From Selaginella moellendorffii (Eukaryota; Plantae; Lycopodiophyta): DNA of 64,000 nucleotides. Below, one piece after another: positions 40,190-51,590 of the stretch; the stretch's first letter is position 1; each line of letters opens with the position of its first letter. The DNA is taken from assembly GCF_000143415.4 (NCBI RefSeq), contig NW_003314273.1, positions 1,890,052-1,954,051 on the forward strand, given 5' to 3'. Below the pieces are notes generated by a model. That model was not told where the DNA came from. It saw only the letters and a program-made list of their open reading frames with translations, and did not search any database. The position numbers and the translations under genes were made by a program.

Positions 40190-41848
40190 ATGGACAGCAA
40201 ACCCAGAGGCTTTGGCACCCGAGTGATTCCGCTTGGAGAGATCGAGGTCCTCGAGGCCGAGCACCTGGAGAAGATCTGGGAGACGAGCGATGGAAGAGCT
40301 CTCTTTTACAAGCCTGTCCAGGTACCAGATGGGTTTCATGCGCTTGGCTGTCATGCAAGACGAACAGAGGTACCTGATAGCTTGCTGTTGTTAGTGCGAG
40401 GCAGCGGCGTCACCGCCGGTGCCTCCAAACCAGCTCCTCTCGCTCCACCCGTCGACTACTCACTCGTCTGGAAGAGCCCAGTTAGAAACGAGAATGAGAC
40501 GGCCATGGCTTTCTGGTTACCTCTGCCTCCCGCTGGTTACAAGGCACTCGGCTTCGTCGCCAGCGTCACCAAGCCTGGAGTGGACGAGGTTGCCTGCGTT
40601 CGAGAGGATCTCACCAGCGATGCCACTATCTCCAACTCCATCTTGGCCTCTTCGTCCTCTTCCGTGTCCAGTTCTTCCTCTTCTGTTTTCACCGGATTGT
40701 TCCAGTCCCTGTGGAGTAGACTTCTAATGAGCAGTAGCAGCGTCGCCGACAACAACACCGTGGAAAGCTTCTACGTCTGGCAAACACGGCCGCGTGAGGT
40801 GGGAGTCACGGCCAAGGGGCTGAGCACCGGCACCTTCTACTGTTCCTCGTCCTCTTCATCCCCTCTGCCTTCCATAGCCACGCTCCAAAACGTGAGCTTT
40901 GATCTGCCTTCCTCCATGCCTAGCTTGCAGCAGCTCGATGCTCTCGTCAAGCGCTACGCCCCGATAATGTTCCTGCATCCGGACGAAGACTTCTTCCCTT
41001 GCTCCGTCGAGTGGTTCTTCCAAAACGGAGCTCTGCTCTACAGCAAACAGAACCCGTCCGCTCCGGTACAAATCACTGCGAACGGTGCGAATCTGCCGGG
41101 TGGCGAGACCAACGACGGGAGCTACTGGCTCGACTTGCCACGCGATGCTGCAGCTGCCGAAAAAGTGAGAAGAGGAAATCTAGAGAGCGCAATCACGTAC
41201 CTGCACGTCAAGCCGGTATTTGGCGGAACGTTCACCGACATGCAGTTCTGGTTCTACTATCCTTTCAACGGCCCGGCAACTCTCAAAGTCGGGCTCATCA
41301 ACGTCAAGCTCGGGAAAATCGGGGAGCACGTCTCTGACTGGGAGCACCTGACCCTTCGCGTGGACAACTTCACCGGGAATTTGTCCAGCGTCTATCTCGG
41401 ACACCACAGCTCCGGCACCTGGTATCAGCCTTCCGACTTGGAGTTTGATAGCACCACCACCTATAGGCCGTTTGTGTACGCGTCCAAGCACGGCCATGCC
41501 CTTTATGCTCATCCGGGAGACAACCTCCAAGGCGACGAAGAACGCGGGCTCGGGATACGCAACGATACAAAGCGGAGCAGCTTCACCTGGGACGTTAGTA
41601 AACACCAGCTGATATCTGCAGCTTACTTGGGTGTAGAGGAGCCACCTTGGCTCCAGTTCATGCGTGAATGGGGCCCCAAGATCCAGTATAACTCCAGGAC
41701 CGAGCTGGAAAAGGTGTTCAAATTCCTTCCCAAAAAGATAAGGAGGTCCATCGAAGATATCTTTAACAGGTTTCCGAACGAACTGTCTGGCGAAGAAGGT
41801 CCCACTGGACCCAAGCAAAAAAACTTCTGGACGGGAGACGAAAGATGA
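40190..41848 (+). CDS. Vps62 / DUF946 plant protein
   Basis: FYKPVQVPDGFHALG, FWLPLPPAGYKALG, YAPIMFLHPDE, GEHVSDWEH, YASKHGHA, EEGPTGPKQK. Confidence 0.9.
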   Translation: MDSKPRGFGTRVIPLGEIEVLEAEHLEKIWETSDGRALFYKPVQVPDGFHALGCHARRTEVPDSLLLLVRGSGVTAGASKPAPLAPPVDYSLVWKSPVRNENETAMAFWLPLPPAGYKALGFVASVTKPGVDEVACVREDLTSDATISNSILASSSSSVSSSSSSVFTGLFQSLWSRLLMSSSSVADNNTVESFYVWQTRPREVGVTAKGLSTGTFYCSSSSSSPLPSIATLQNVSFDLPSSMPSLQQLDALVKRYAPIMFLHPDEDFFPCSVEWFFQNGALLYSKQNPSAPVQITANGANLPGGETNDGSYWLDLPRDAAAAEKVRRGNLESAITYLHVKPVFGGTFTDMQFWFYYPFNGPATLKVGLINVKLGKIGEHVSDWEHLTLRVDNFTGNLSSVYLGHHSSGTWYQPSDLEFDSTTTYRPFVYASKHGHALYAHPGDNLQGDEERGLGIRNDTKRSSFTWDVSKHQLISAAYLGVEEPPWLQFMREWGPKIQYNSRTELEKVFKFLPKKIRRSIEDIFNRFPNELSGEEGPTGPKQKNFWTGDER

Positions 41849-41971
41849 ATGAGGTAACCTGTTGTTGCAAGCAAAGAAAAATTACATATGGGCGAAGTTC
41901 TGGTTGCGTAGGAACACTAACCTGATCGACGCCAAGCTGTGTGGCCTGTAATCTGTATGGTACAAGATTGT

Positions 41972-44527
41972 TCATTTCTCTTCCTCGTCCGAAACAGTTG
42001 TGTCAAAAACTGGTTCCGGCTGAGTTTGTGCGTATGCAGGAGCAATAAACTTGGGATCTTTTGCAGCAAGTTCGGCATACTTCAATATTGCTTCCCGAGG
42101 ATCCTCCTCCATCCAGTTCTCCGTCATTGCTCCACCCTCCTGCAGTTCATACGAGTTTTAGAACCAGTGGTTTGGCATAAAAGAGATGCTTACCTTCAGT
42201 AAGTATTGAGTGAGCAAGCTTCCCTTTGTCGCACCCACACGACCACCATGACCAGGACCATTGATGGGTAGGTCCGGTCTCCGGGATTTCAGAGGATCAT
42301 TTCGAGCCTTTTCTCGTTGACGCTTGCGGCTTGGTTCGTCTCTGAACATAGGTAGAGCATGCGGATTTCTAACCACTGGTGGAGCTTCAAAGTCGTCCAC
42401 AGATTTTTTTCGTGGAGCCCGCCCAACACAAACCAACGCTCCTCTCTTGCTCAAAACCGGGTCGTACAATACGTGAGTATTGCCTTCTCTTTTGTCGCCC
42501 GTAGTGGCAAATATCTGATGGTTTCATTTCGTTAGCACGAGAAATTGAACATCTAAATGCCAGAGTCAGTACCTGATTCAATCGCGGATGCCAAGCACAG
42601 CAAACAACACTTCCTGACGAGGATATCCCGGTTTTCCGAACAAGCTCAAGTTGCCTTTTGTCAAAGAAGTAAAGCTGTCCACCGGCATTTCCTCCCTTCT
42701 CAACAGAAGTACCAGTTAGAATTAGGTGCTCATCTGGACTGAAGGCCAAATTCGTTTGTGCGTAAAAACAAGGAAGCCCTGAAAACACTTTCAGAGGTTC
42801 TCGAGCTTTCCGGATGTCCCAAACCTGGAGCAAGGTGTCAGCGGAAGAAACATAAAACGAAAATAGGAAAACTAACTTTTAGAGTAGCGTCGGTGCTCCT
42901 GGAAACCATTGTGTAACCATCAACAGAAAACCGGATCGCAGTTACGTCGTCACCCGCGGCATGGGCCTTACTCAGATAAATATCCGGACGGCTGCCCCAT
43001 CCTGGTTTGATAGACCAGATCTAGGAAAAGAAAAAAGGCTTGTCAGACGAGAAAACAAGACATAAACCCTACCTGGATGGATCCATCTGCCAATCCCCCC
43101 GCGATCGTTTTTCCTTCTAAACCCCATGCGCAAGCCGTAACAGAAACACGACCTGGTCTTGCAAGTTTAGGCTTGATGACCTGCAAACTGGGAAGTTAGA
43201 AGACAATTCAAGATTTTCTAGAACCACTTACCTGTTTCTGAGATTTCAAGTTGGTCACGTCCCATATTCGTAATGATCCATCTTCCGACGATGTTAATAT
43301 CGTGTTCTTCTCCGACGGATGCCACTCACCACCCGTCAAACCAGAAATATGCCCGCTAGTGTGCTTCAAGTCCCGTATGTACATATCACCTTTGATGAAT
43401 TCGCCTAATGAAAGACCGTCTCTGTCAAATATCTGTCGCAAGATGCGTGTAAGTAGCTTCAAAACAGACAAATGAACCAAATACAAACTCACCTTGGCTC
43501 TTGCAGACCCTGTCACAGCAAGAAAACGATCCGCCGAGGGACTCCAGCTAATTGCTCGCATCTGATGTCCTTCAAACGGCTCAATCCGCCTGAACGACTG
43601 CAGACGGGAATCCATGCCTTGGAAATCATACATCCGGATCGAGTAGTCGTAGCTCCCTGTCAAAACTCTGGACCCAGAAGGATCAATGGCCAAAGCGGCA
43701 ACAACCTGGAACTCACAAGCATTAGAATGAAGCTCAACAAAAAAAGAAAGAAAAAACGAAACCAATATGAGTTCGAACGAACCTTTGTGTGTCCCCCGAG
43801 AATAATCTCATTGCTTAGAGGAACATGATATTCGTCATCGTCCTCTTCTTCTTCTTCGTCACTATCACTGCCAGCTCCATCGTTTGGTCGAGGAGGACCG
43901 ATCAACGCAGGCTCGGTATCATCTTTCTCGTCACTTAGAGCAGCCGTAGACGGTCTAGGAGGTCCAATCAATTCTTCTGCTGCTGCCTCTTCCTCCTCTG
44001 GTCTCGGCGGCCCAACCATAGAGCCGTCTTCTCGAGTGCTCAAACTTTGCTCGCTTGGACGCTCCAAGTTATGGTTAGCTTCCGCTACTTTCTTCAAACG
44101 CTCGCTAAGATTTTTGTTAAGCTGGGTCTCGTCTTCGCTGCTCGATCGCTTTGTGAGCGTGTGGACAACCTCTACAGATGCTATCGACTTCTCTTGCCTT
44201 CCAAAAGACACGGGAAAGTGGCCTCTCAGCTGGTCTGCCTCGTAAAACTCCTCCTAGAAGAAAAAGAAAATATCGCGTGAACAAGCGCTGCATTGGTATT
44301 GCCTGGAAATCTAAGAACTTACCATGGTATTCGCAGAGGGAGTAGCAGCAGCACGCCCTATATTGCGAGTTGTGAGAAGAGAAAAATCAGTAGGTTCTTA
44401 CCATTGGAGCGATGCTGAGCTTTGGCGATGGCGCGCATCTGAGCCTGGAGCGCATCGATTAGCGAGGAATCGCAGGAGAATCGACAGAACTTACCATCTC
44501 TCGCGCGTCATCTTCGTCGGAGGACAT
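41972..44527 (-). CDS. WDR70: WD-repeat protein 70 (GAD-1 homolog)
   Basis: LSNEIILGGHTK, YDFQGMD, KGDMYIRDLKHTSGH, PHALPMFRD, EEDPREAILKYA, APAYAQTQP. Confidence 0.92.
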
Positions 44528-44603
44528 TCTTCCCTTGTCTCACAAAACCCTAAACGAGAAAAGGGAGAAAGATATTTCTAGGGTTCTTGGCCGATTTGCG
44601 GCC

Positions 44604-45818
44604 ATGTCGTGGTGCACGATTGAATCCGACCCAGGTGAGAATCCCTTGCTACTCAGCTGATGCGATTGAGATCCTTGCCTCGCAGGCGTTTTCACGGAGC
44701 TCATCCAGCAAATGCAAGTCAAGGGCGTCCAGGTAACCTGTTCGTCAAGATCTTCCACTGGATGATCGCGATTTCTATCGAAACCTCTTGCAGGTGGAGG
44801 AGCTCTACAGCTTGGATTTGGAATCGCTCTCGTTGCTCCGGTGAGTGAGAGCTGTTTTAAGCAGGAGAAGAAGAAAATAAAAGGAGTTCTAAGGATGGTT
44901 TTTCCAGGCCTGTCTATGGACTAATCTTTCTCTTCAAATGGAGGCCTGGGGAGAAAGATACTCGGCCCACTGTGAAGGACAACAAATCGATTTTTTTCGC
45001 GAGCCAGGTGAAGTGAAGCTCGATGTTCTAAGTTCTTTCGCTAACTTGGAAAGTTTCACGCAACACAGGTTATAAACAACGCTTGCGCTACTCAAGCAAT
45101 ACTTTCGATCCTGATGAACAGAGTGGAGATCGATATTGGTCCCGAGCTTTCGATGATGCGAGAGTTCGCCAAGGATTTCCCTCCGGAGCTCAAGGGCCTG
45201 ACCATCAACAACAGCGAGGCCATTCGCACTGCTCACAACAGCTTTGCGAGGCCGGAGCCTTTTGTTCCCGACGAGCAAAAGTTTGCGGACAAAGACGACG
45301 ACGTCTATCACTTCATCAGCTATCTCCCGGTGGACGGTGTTTTGTACGAGCTGGACGGACTCAAGGAAGGGCCGATCAGTCTGGGCGAGTGTGGCAGTGG
45401 AGACGCTGATAGCATGGAGTGGCTCAAGATGGTCCAGCCAGTGATCCAAGAGAGGATCGAGAAGTACTCCAAGAGCGAGATCCGCTTCAACCTCATGGCC
45501 GTGATCAAGAACAGGAAGGATCTCTACAACCAGCAGCTGGCGGAGCTCGACAAGCGGAAAACCGAGATAAGTGGCGACGACGGCATGGACGTCGACTCCA
45601 AGAGCGGCAGCGGCAACGAGGAGCTGGCACAGATCGACGCGGAGATCGCTCGACTGACCGAGAAGATCACTCAAGAGGATGAAAAGTTCAAGAAGTGGAA
45701 GACTGAGAACATCCGGAGGAAGCACAACTACATCCCCTTCCTCTTCAACTTCCTCAAGATCCTGGCAGAGAAGAAGCAGCTCAAGCCGCTGATTGAAAAG
45801 GCCAGGCAGAAGACATAG
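44604..45818 (+). CDS. UCH2: Ubiquitin C-terminal hydrolase, UCH37/UCHL5 type
   Basis: [57 protein letters not shown]. Confidence 0.93.
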
Positions 45819-45881
45819 ACAAGAAAAGCTCGAAACCTCAGACGACGAACGCTGGTAACAAATTTTTCTCTTTTCTAACTC

Positions 45882-46503
45882 TCAGTAGAAGACGTTTCCC
45901 AGTGCCTCTCCCAGGATCTCGTCGATGCTCCCCTTGACATCGACGTAGTCCTCGTCGTCCAGCAGCGCCACGAGCGACGCATCATCCTCGTCAAAGATTT
46001 GCTGCTGCTGCTCAAAGAGATTGGGAGGAGCTTCATTGGCAGGAGGAGGAGGAGGAGGAGGAGGAGGAGGGAACTTCTCGTCGACCGTCGTGTTCTTGCT
46101 CTTGCTCGAGCTCTTGGTCCTCGAGCTCCCGTCGTTATACTTTGGAATCTTGTTCTCGTGGTCGGGCTTCCAGGAGTAGTAGTGGAAAGTCTCGGATTTT
46201 CCTTTGGGCTCGTTCTGGTCGACTTTGACCACCACCTGGGCTCCGCAAAGCACCGCGAGCTCGTAAGCCTTCTTATACAGCCCGCCGTTGCGCTTCCGGA
46301 ACGTTTGCTTGCGCGTCGTCTGGTTCTTGATGAACGCGATCTGGATCTTTTGCTTGCCCTGTTTGAGCTTGAATTTCTGCTAAGACGATCGATCGATAGA
46401 TCAATGGGAGAGGGAAGAACAAGAACAATAGAGAGAATAAGAGAGCGATGTTCTCGCTTGGAATTAAACTCACTTTATCAGGTTTGTCGGCTTTGTCGGC
46501 CAT
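45882..46503 (-). CDS. Type I MADS-box transcription factor with a short separate N-terminal exon
   Basis: Manual translation of 46,376-46,220 gives GKQKIQIAFIKNQTTRKQTFRKRNGGLYKKAYELAVLCGAQVVVKV; no K-box; poly-Pro and acidic tail. The MADS box is missed by the ORF track. Confidence 0.88.
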
Positions 46504-46659
46504 TCTTTAAAGTTGTCGGCGCCTCCAAAAGTAAAAAGTTGGGTTTGTCGGCCTTTTTAGGGGCAAGATGTTTAGGGCGGGGATTAACCAAATCTGGAAG
46601 AAATTAAGATTAAGCTGTGTGGTCGTCCGGGGAATCGAACCTCCGCCCACTCCCGCGCG

Positions 46660-48607
46660 ATGGGGCGGACCACTAATGCCAGTGGCACTAGCTCCGGCCG
46701 GAGGCGCGGGCGATCCGAGGAGGAAGAAGCTGGCGCTAGCGGCGCTGGCGGCGACTGGGATCATCCTGCGGCGGCGCTCCATCGCCAGCAATCCATGCTC
46801 GTGGATGGTAAGCGCCGCAGCTTGTCCGTGCCGATTTGCAAGGATTTCGGGCGGGGGCGGTGCTCCAGGCCCGTGCACGAGTGTCGCTATGCTCATCCTC
46901 CTCCCACCGTGGCCGTGGAAGGGTATGCTCTCTCTCGAAATCTCTGGGTGTGGCTCTCAAATCCCTAGTTGCGAGGGTTTTCTCTCAGCGATCAGGTGAC
47001 CATTTGCTACGACTCTCTTCGAGACAGATGCGCTCGTGGGATTTCGTGCCGCTACTTCCATCCGCCGCATCACATTCGCGTGTAAGATCACGATCTTTGT
47101 CCTCTCTCTCTCTTGCATTTGAGACGCCTAGCCTACGATCTCCTTGTTCTTCATCAGTGCCACACAAGAAGCCGTCGGCATTGATCCATCGCCGCTGGGG
47201 CTCGAGGTACGTGATGGATTTCTCGAAACATCGTCCATAAGCGCTAACGATTGATTCCTCTTCGAATTCTCCCAGCTGCGAGCATCCAATTTGCTGCTTG
47301 GTCCTTCCCCGACATCTCTTATCACGATCTCGAGGCCTTCGATCGAGGTGCTTCCTCCATGGTTTCTTTATATTCCTTTTTCCATGGATTTCTCCATCAT
47401 GGTTTATCGAAACTTTGGCATTTCTTTGTCAGGTTTGTAGGGACTTTGTTCGTGGGCGATGCAAGCGTGAATCGGACGAATGTCGTTTCGCTCATCACGT
47501 CCCAGCAGCCGGAGATGGCGATTATGCTATAGTGTGTGTCCGTCTTTTGCTTCCTCCAGCGATCACTCAAACCCGCTCGTTCTTACAGGTCTGCCAGGAT
47601 TTTATGCGCGGAAGATGCGAACGAGAGACTTGCCGCTACTTCCATCCCCCGGATCATCTAAGATCTCGTGTGAAAGATGTAAGTACAGACGTCCGTACAG
47701 ATTTTCTTTGTTCATCCGTAGTTTTTTTTGTTCTTTCTTGCTAGATTGGAGGTGTTCCTGCTGCCGTGTCAAATCCTCCTCGATACGATTTACCAGGTGT
47801 CTACTGTTCTTATCCAGGATACGAGAACCAGGTAAAGTCGTACTCTACGTGATTAGCTTTCGCAAACTCTTACTGTCAGGCGAAGCGAATGAGGCTGGAT
47901 GAAGTGCTTCTCGACAAGAGCTCAAACCTTGTAAGAAGACTGTTCTTAATTGTTTTCGGGAAGGTTTTCACGAATTTTTTCCAGCTTCTGGAAGCCGCTG
48001 GCCAATCTCTCCCTGTGTTTAGACCGTGCTCACCTCCACGGAATGGTACAATGACCGAGCTCCTTCTTGCCATCACCCGTGAGTGAGAATGTTTTACAGA
48101 TCAAGACAGGCTCCCGGCGTGCCGAGATTTCTTGCGTAACAAATGTGCCAGAAGCTCGTCCTGTCGATTCGTCCACCCAGCTCCCTACACGCAGGTAGTC
48201 AACTTCGGAGCAAGAGTGCGTACTAGAGTACTGATTTGTGGAACTCGCAGGTGGTCGACGGCTATGTAACTCTCTGCCGTGATTCTCTCCGAGGCAAATG
48301 TTTAAGGGAAGCATGCCGCTTCCACCATCCGACGCAATCGGCTTTCCAGCAACGCGATAACTTCGAGAGCTCCAACACGGATAACTTCTATGGGAGCCGA
48401 GCGGCAGTAGTAGCAGCTCCGGACTCGTTTGGAAGCCTCTCTCCAAACGAAGACGATGACAATCCAGGCGATCAAGGTACTCCGAATCACCACAGGCTAC
48501 AACACTCTCCCGCTCCTCCTCTTGATCATCTTCCTCCTCCCCCTCCTCCACCTCTTCCTTCACCTCACCTCCTCCAACAGCTTCTCCATCTTCTAGTCCT
48601 GCAATAG
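46660..48607 (+). CDS. Muscleblind-like RNA-binding protein with three tandem CCCH finger pairs
   Basis: Spliced fingers CKDFGRGRCSRPVHECRYAH, CYDSLRDRCARGISCRYFH, CRDFVRGRCKRESDECRFAH, CQDFMRGRCERETCRYFH, CRDFLRNKCARSSSCRFVH, CRDSLRGKCLREACRFHH. 3' end approximate. Confidence 0.85.
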
Positions 48608-49126
48608 AGAGAAGCAATTTGGCAGAGGCAATGTCATGGCATATATATAATCTTTCTCTCGAATCGTGCCACAGTTGGAGATGACTAGAGCTGCCGGACT
48701 GCTCCTGCTCGCTTCCTTTCGGTCAGATGCAAAAAATGCCACTGACTCTACCGCGCTGCGCTAGGTACCCTCCTCCTTTTTGTAGCTACTAGAACCTCTT
48801 CAATTCTAAGATATTCCAGCAGATACTGTAAGTTTGCAAGGTCATCTCTTTACGAAGCTCAACCTCACGCAAGCAGAGACGATGTTGTTGTATATGCGGC
48901 GAGCCAGGAGCTTGGCCATGAAAGATGTTTCACTCTGTTCTTGAGAAGGTCGAGTCCTCCATCCGAATTGCCGTGTCTATAGCATGAGCACAACAATTAT
49001 AGTCCCCGCTCCAAAATAGGTGCCTTGAAACAACTTGATAAACAGACTAGAAAATACCTGCATTGATCTAGGGACCCCTTATTTTTGCTTCTTGTCCTTA
49101 AAAGAACAATATTGGCTATTTGTGTC

Positions 49127-49861
49127 ATGGATTCTTCTACATCCAAGGATTCCGAGGGCAAGGAAAACATTTATGTATTGCTGCTAATAGGGCTGTTGCT
49201 TGTAGTGTTTCTCCCACTAACTATCCTGGCTTTTGTGGCGGATACCAATCGTCACGAACCATGGTGCGACTTCAAGGACATCAAGGTTTTACACGTGGAG
49301 CTCCCATCAAACTCAACTCCGAGGTTTGTCTCGGATGTAGAGCTCCAGTTTACCTGCTCGAATCTCAAGCATCGCAAGCACGAAGGTCTGCTGGACGTGG
49401 AGTTTGATGCAATGGACGTAAGTTTGAGCTACCGTGGTGTCGAGCTCGCCAGTTTTCATTCCCCATGTTTGTGCTTCCGAAGAGCAGGAGTGTTTCTGTG
49501 ACACGGAGGCTTTTGGTGAACGAGACGAGCCTTCCCGTGGATAAGTTGGAGCTGTTTGAAGCGGATGTCGCATCGGGCAAAGTCCCACTCTCGGCAGCTA
49601 TTCATGCTAGTGCTCAGTGGGTTCACAGATTCGGCCGGGGTAGCTGATCTTACCTGTGACTTGGGCATGCTTCTTCCACAGAAGGGTGAAACCAAAGCGC
49701 AAGATATTGTGTTTGATGGTCAGCAGCTGTGCCCTGTTTACTTGTCCTGTCCCTATTGTGGTTTCAAACAGAGGGATGGTGTAGTTCAGGCCCCAGGCCA
49801 GGAAGGTGGAAGCACCAAAAGCCTTGAGGGTATCGGTGTGGAAGCCTTTGCCAGTCGATGA
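49127..49861 (+). pseudogene. LEA_2 / NDR1-HIN1-like gene with frameshifts
   Basis: N-terminal TM followed by VEFDAMDVSLSYRGVELA and FEADVASGKVPL...LTCDL, spread over three frames. Confidence 0.55.
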
Positions 49862-50431
49862 GATCGCCAAGCTACACACTAAGTTTTATTATTTATATAC
49901 AATCTAGTTAGATTTTTATAATTTCTATCAAACTAATATATAACGACAGAATATTCTTGATGCTAGTAAAAACTACATGGCGATCTACCATATCAACTTG
50001 GCATTGATCCATCAACTGACCTTCTTCTGTGGATTTAATCGCCACAATCGTTGTGGTTTGGTAGATCTCCTTGGTTGCTCGTGACGCTGAATCGAAGAGG
50101 AGACAGTCTTGATTTTCTTTTTGGTAACAGTTTGACTGACTTCTTCAGCATATCTTCTTTAAAGACACAGAAAAAAGATGACTTACCAACGACAAGGAAA
50201 AATCAAGCATACCTCATTCCACAATACCATTTGAGTTTTGCCCTGCAAAGCAGACCATGTTCAGAAACTCCGTAATCTTCATATTAAATCCAACAGAGCA
50301 TAAAAGCAATCCTGTGTCAGCTGTGTCCAATGCATCCTGTCACTTACAAGAAAGAGCTCCACCATCCACAGACTGAAGGATGAGATGACCCTCCGCAACT
50401 TGAGCGTTGCATCCACTGAAGAGATATGTGG

Positions 50432-50615
50432 AAGCTATCGGCGTTCTTGTCCTGCTTCTTCACAGAGTTTGTGGACTACAGCTTCACGGCCAAGATGGAG
50501 GAGCAAGTCGACGCTGTTTCGTCCAGGAGCATGAAATGGAAGGAAGTGTTGCAGCAGTTCTGGCCAAATTTCCACGACAAAGTTGCGGCCACGGCCAAAG
50601 TTCCGACTCAACAGG
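50432..50615 (+). pseudogene. Orphan exon of a bacterial-type (organellar) type IA DNA topoisomerase
   Basis: LSAFLSCFFTEFVDYSFTAKMEEQVDAVSSRSMKWKEVLQQFWPNF resembles the TopA VDYDFTAxMExxLD motif; ends at cag|gtag; no other exons seen. Confidence 0.72.
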
Positions 50616-50880
50616 TAGACATGCTCGCCAGAGGATGACTCAAGTATACATGATCAAGAGACATGCCTAAACCTAGATCATTGAGCTGGCACTATCACCT
50701 AAAATCATGTCATAGAGAGTGTATGTACTGAACATCCACGGCTTCAGCCCCAAGGTTGAAGACACTCCCTCTTAAGTGGCCAGCCCCAAAGATGCCAAAT
50801 TAATCTATCTTATCTGTGTTTACTGCTTGACCCAAGAGTAAAATGAATCACAATGCAAAAACTGCAAGCCTTCATTTGCA

Positions 50881-51590
50881 GGACAGAGAACCAGGTAAAG
50901 TCGTACTCTACGTGATTAGCTTTTGTATGTCCTCAAACTTTTGCTGTCAGGCAAAGCGAATGAGGCTGGATGAAACGCTCCTTGACCGGCACCACAAGAA
51001 CTCAAACCTTGTAAGAAACTGTTCTTAATTGTAATCGTTTCGATGTTTGGAAGGCTGGGAGACATCCAAGATGCAAAGAGGTTTTTCGATTCGATGCCCC
51101 CCTTTCGTTTTAGAGAAGTTTTTGACGAATTTTTCCAGCTTATGGAACCTGTGTTTAGACCGTGAGTGAGAATGTTTTACAGATGGCTCCCGGCGCGCCG
51201 TGATTCTCTCCAAGGCAAATGTTTAAGGGAAGCATGCCGCTTCCACCATCCGACACAATCGGCTTTCCAGAAACGCGATGACTTCGAGAGCTCCAACATG
51301 GATAACTTCTATGGGAGCCGAGCGGCAGTAGTAGCAGCTCCGGACTCGTTTGGAAGCCTCCCTCCAATGAGAATCCAGGCGATCAAGGTACTCCAAATCA
51401 CCACAGGCTACAACACTCTCCCGCTCCTCCTCTTGATTATCTTCCTCCTCTTCCTCCTCCTTCACCAACACCTCGTTTTAGAGAAGCAATTTGGCAGAGG
51501 CAATGTCATGGCAAATATATAATCTTGCTCTCGTACCGTGCCACAGTTGGAGCACCTCTTCAATTTAAGATATTCTAGCAGATTCTGTAA
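50881..51590 (+). pseudogene. Truncated duplicate of the 3' part of the Muscleblind-like gene
   Basis: Matches ~47,820-48,830 including introns and 3' flank, with internal deletions. Confidence 0.9.

Noticed and set aside
44934-45725. 263-aa antisense ORF
   Set aside because: Shadow of the UCH2 last exon.
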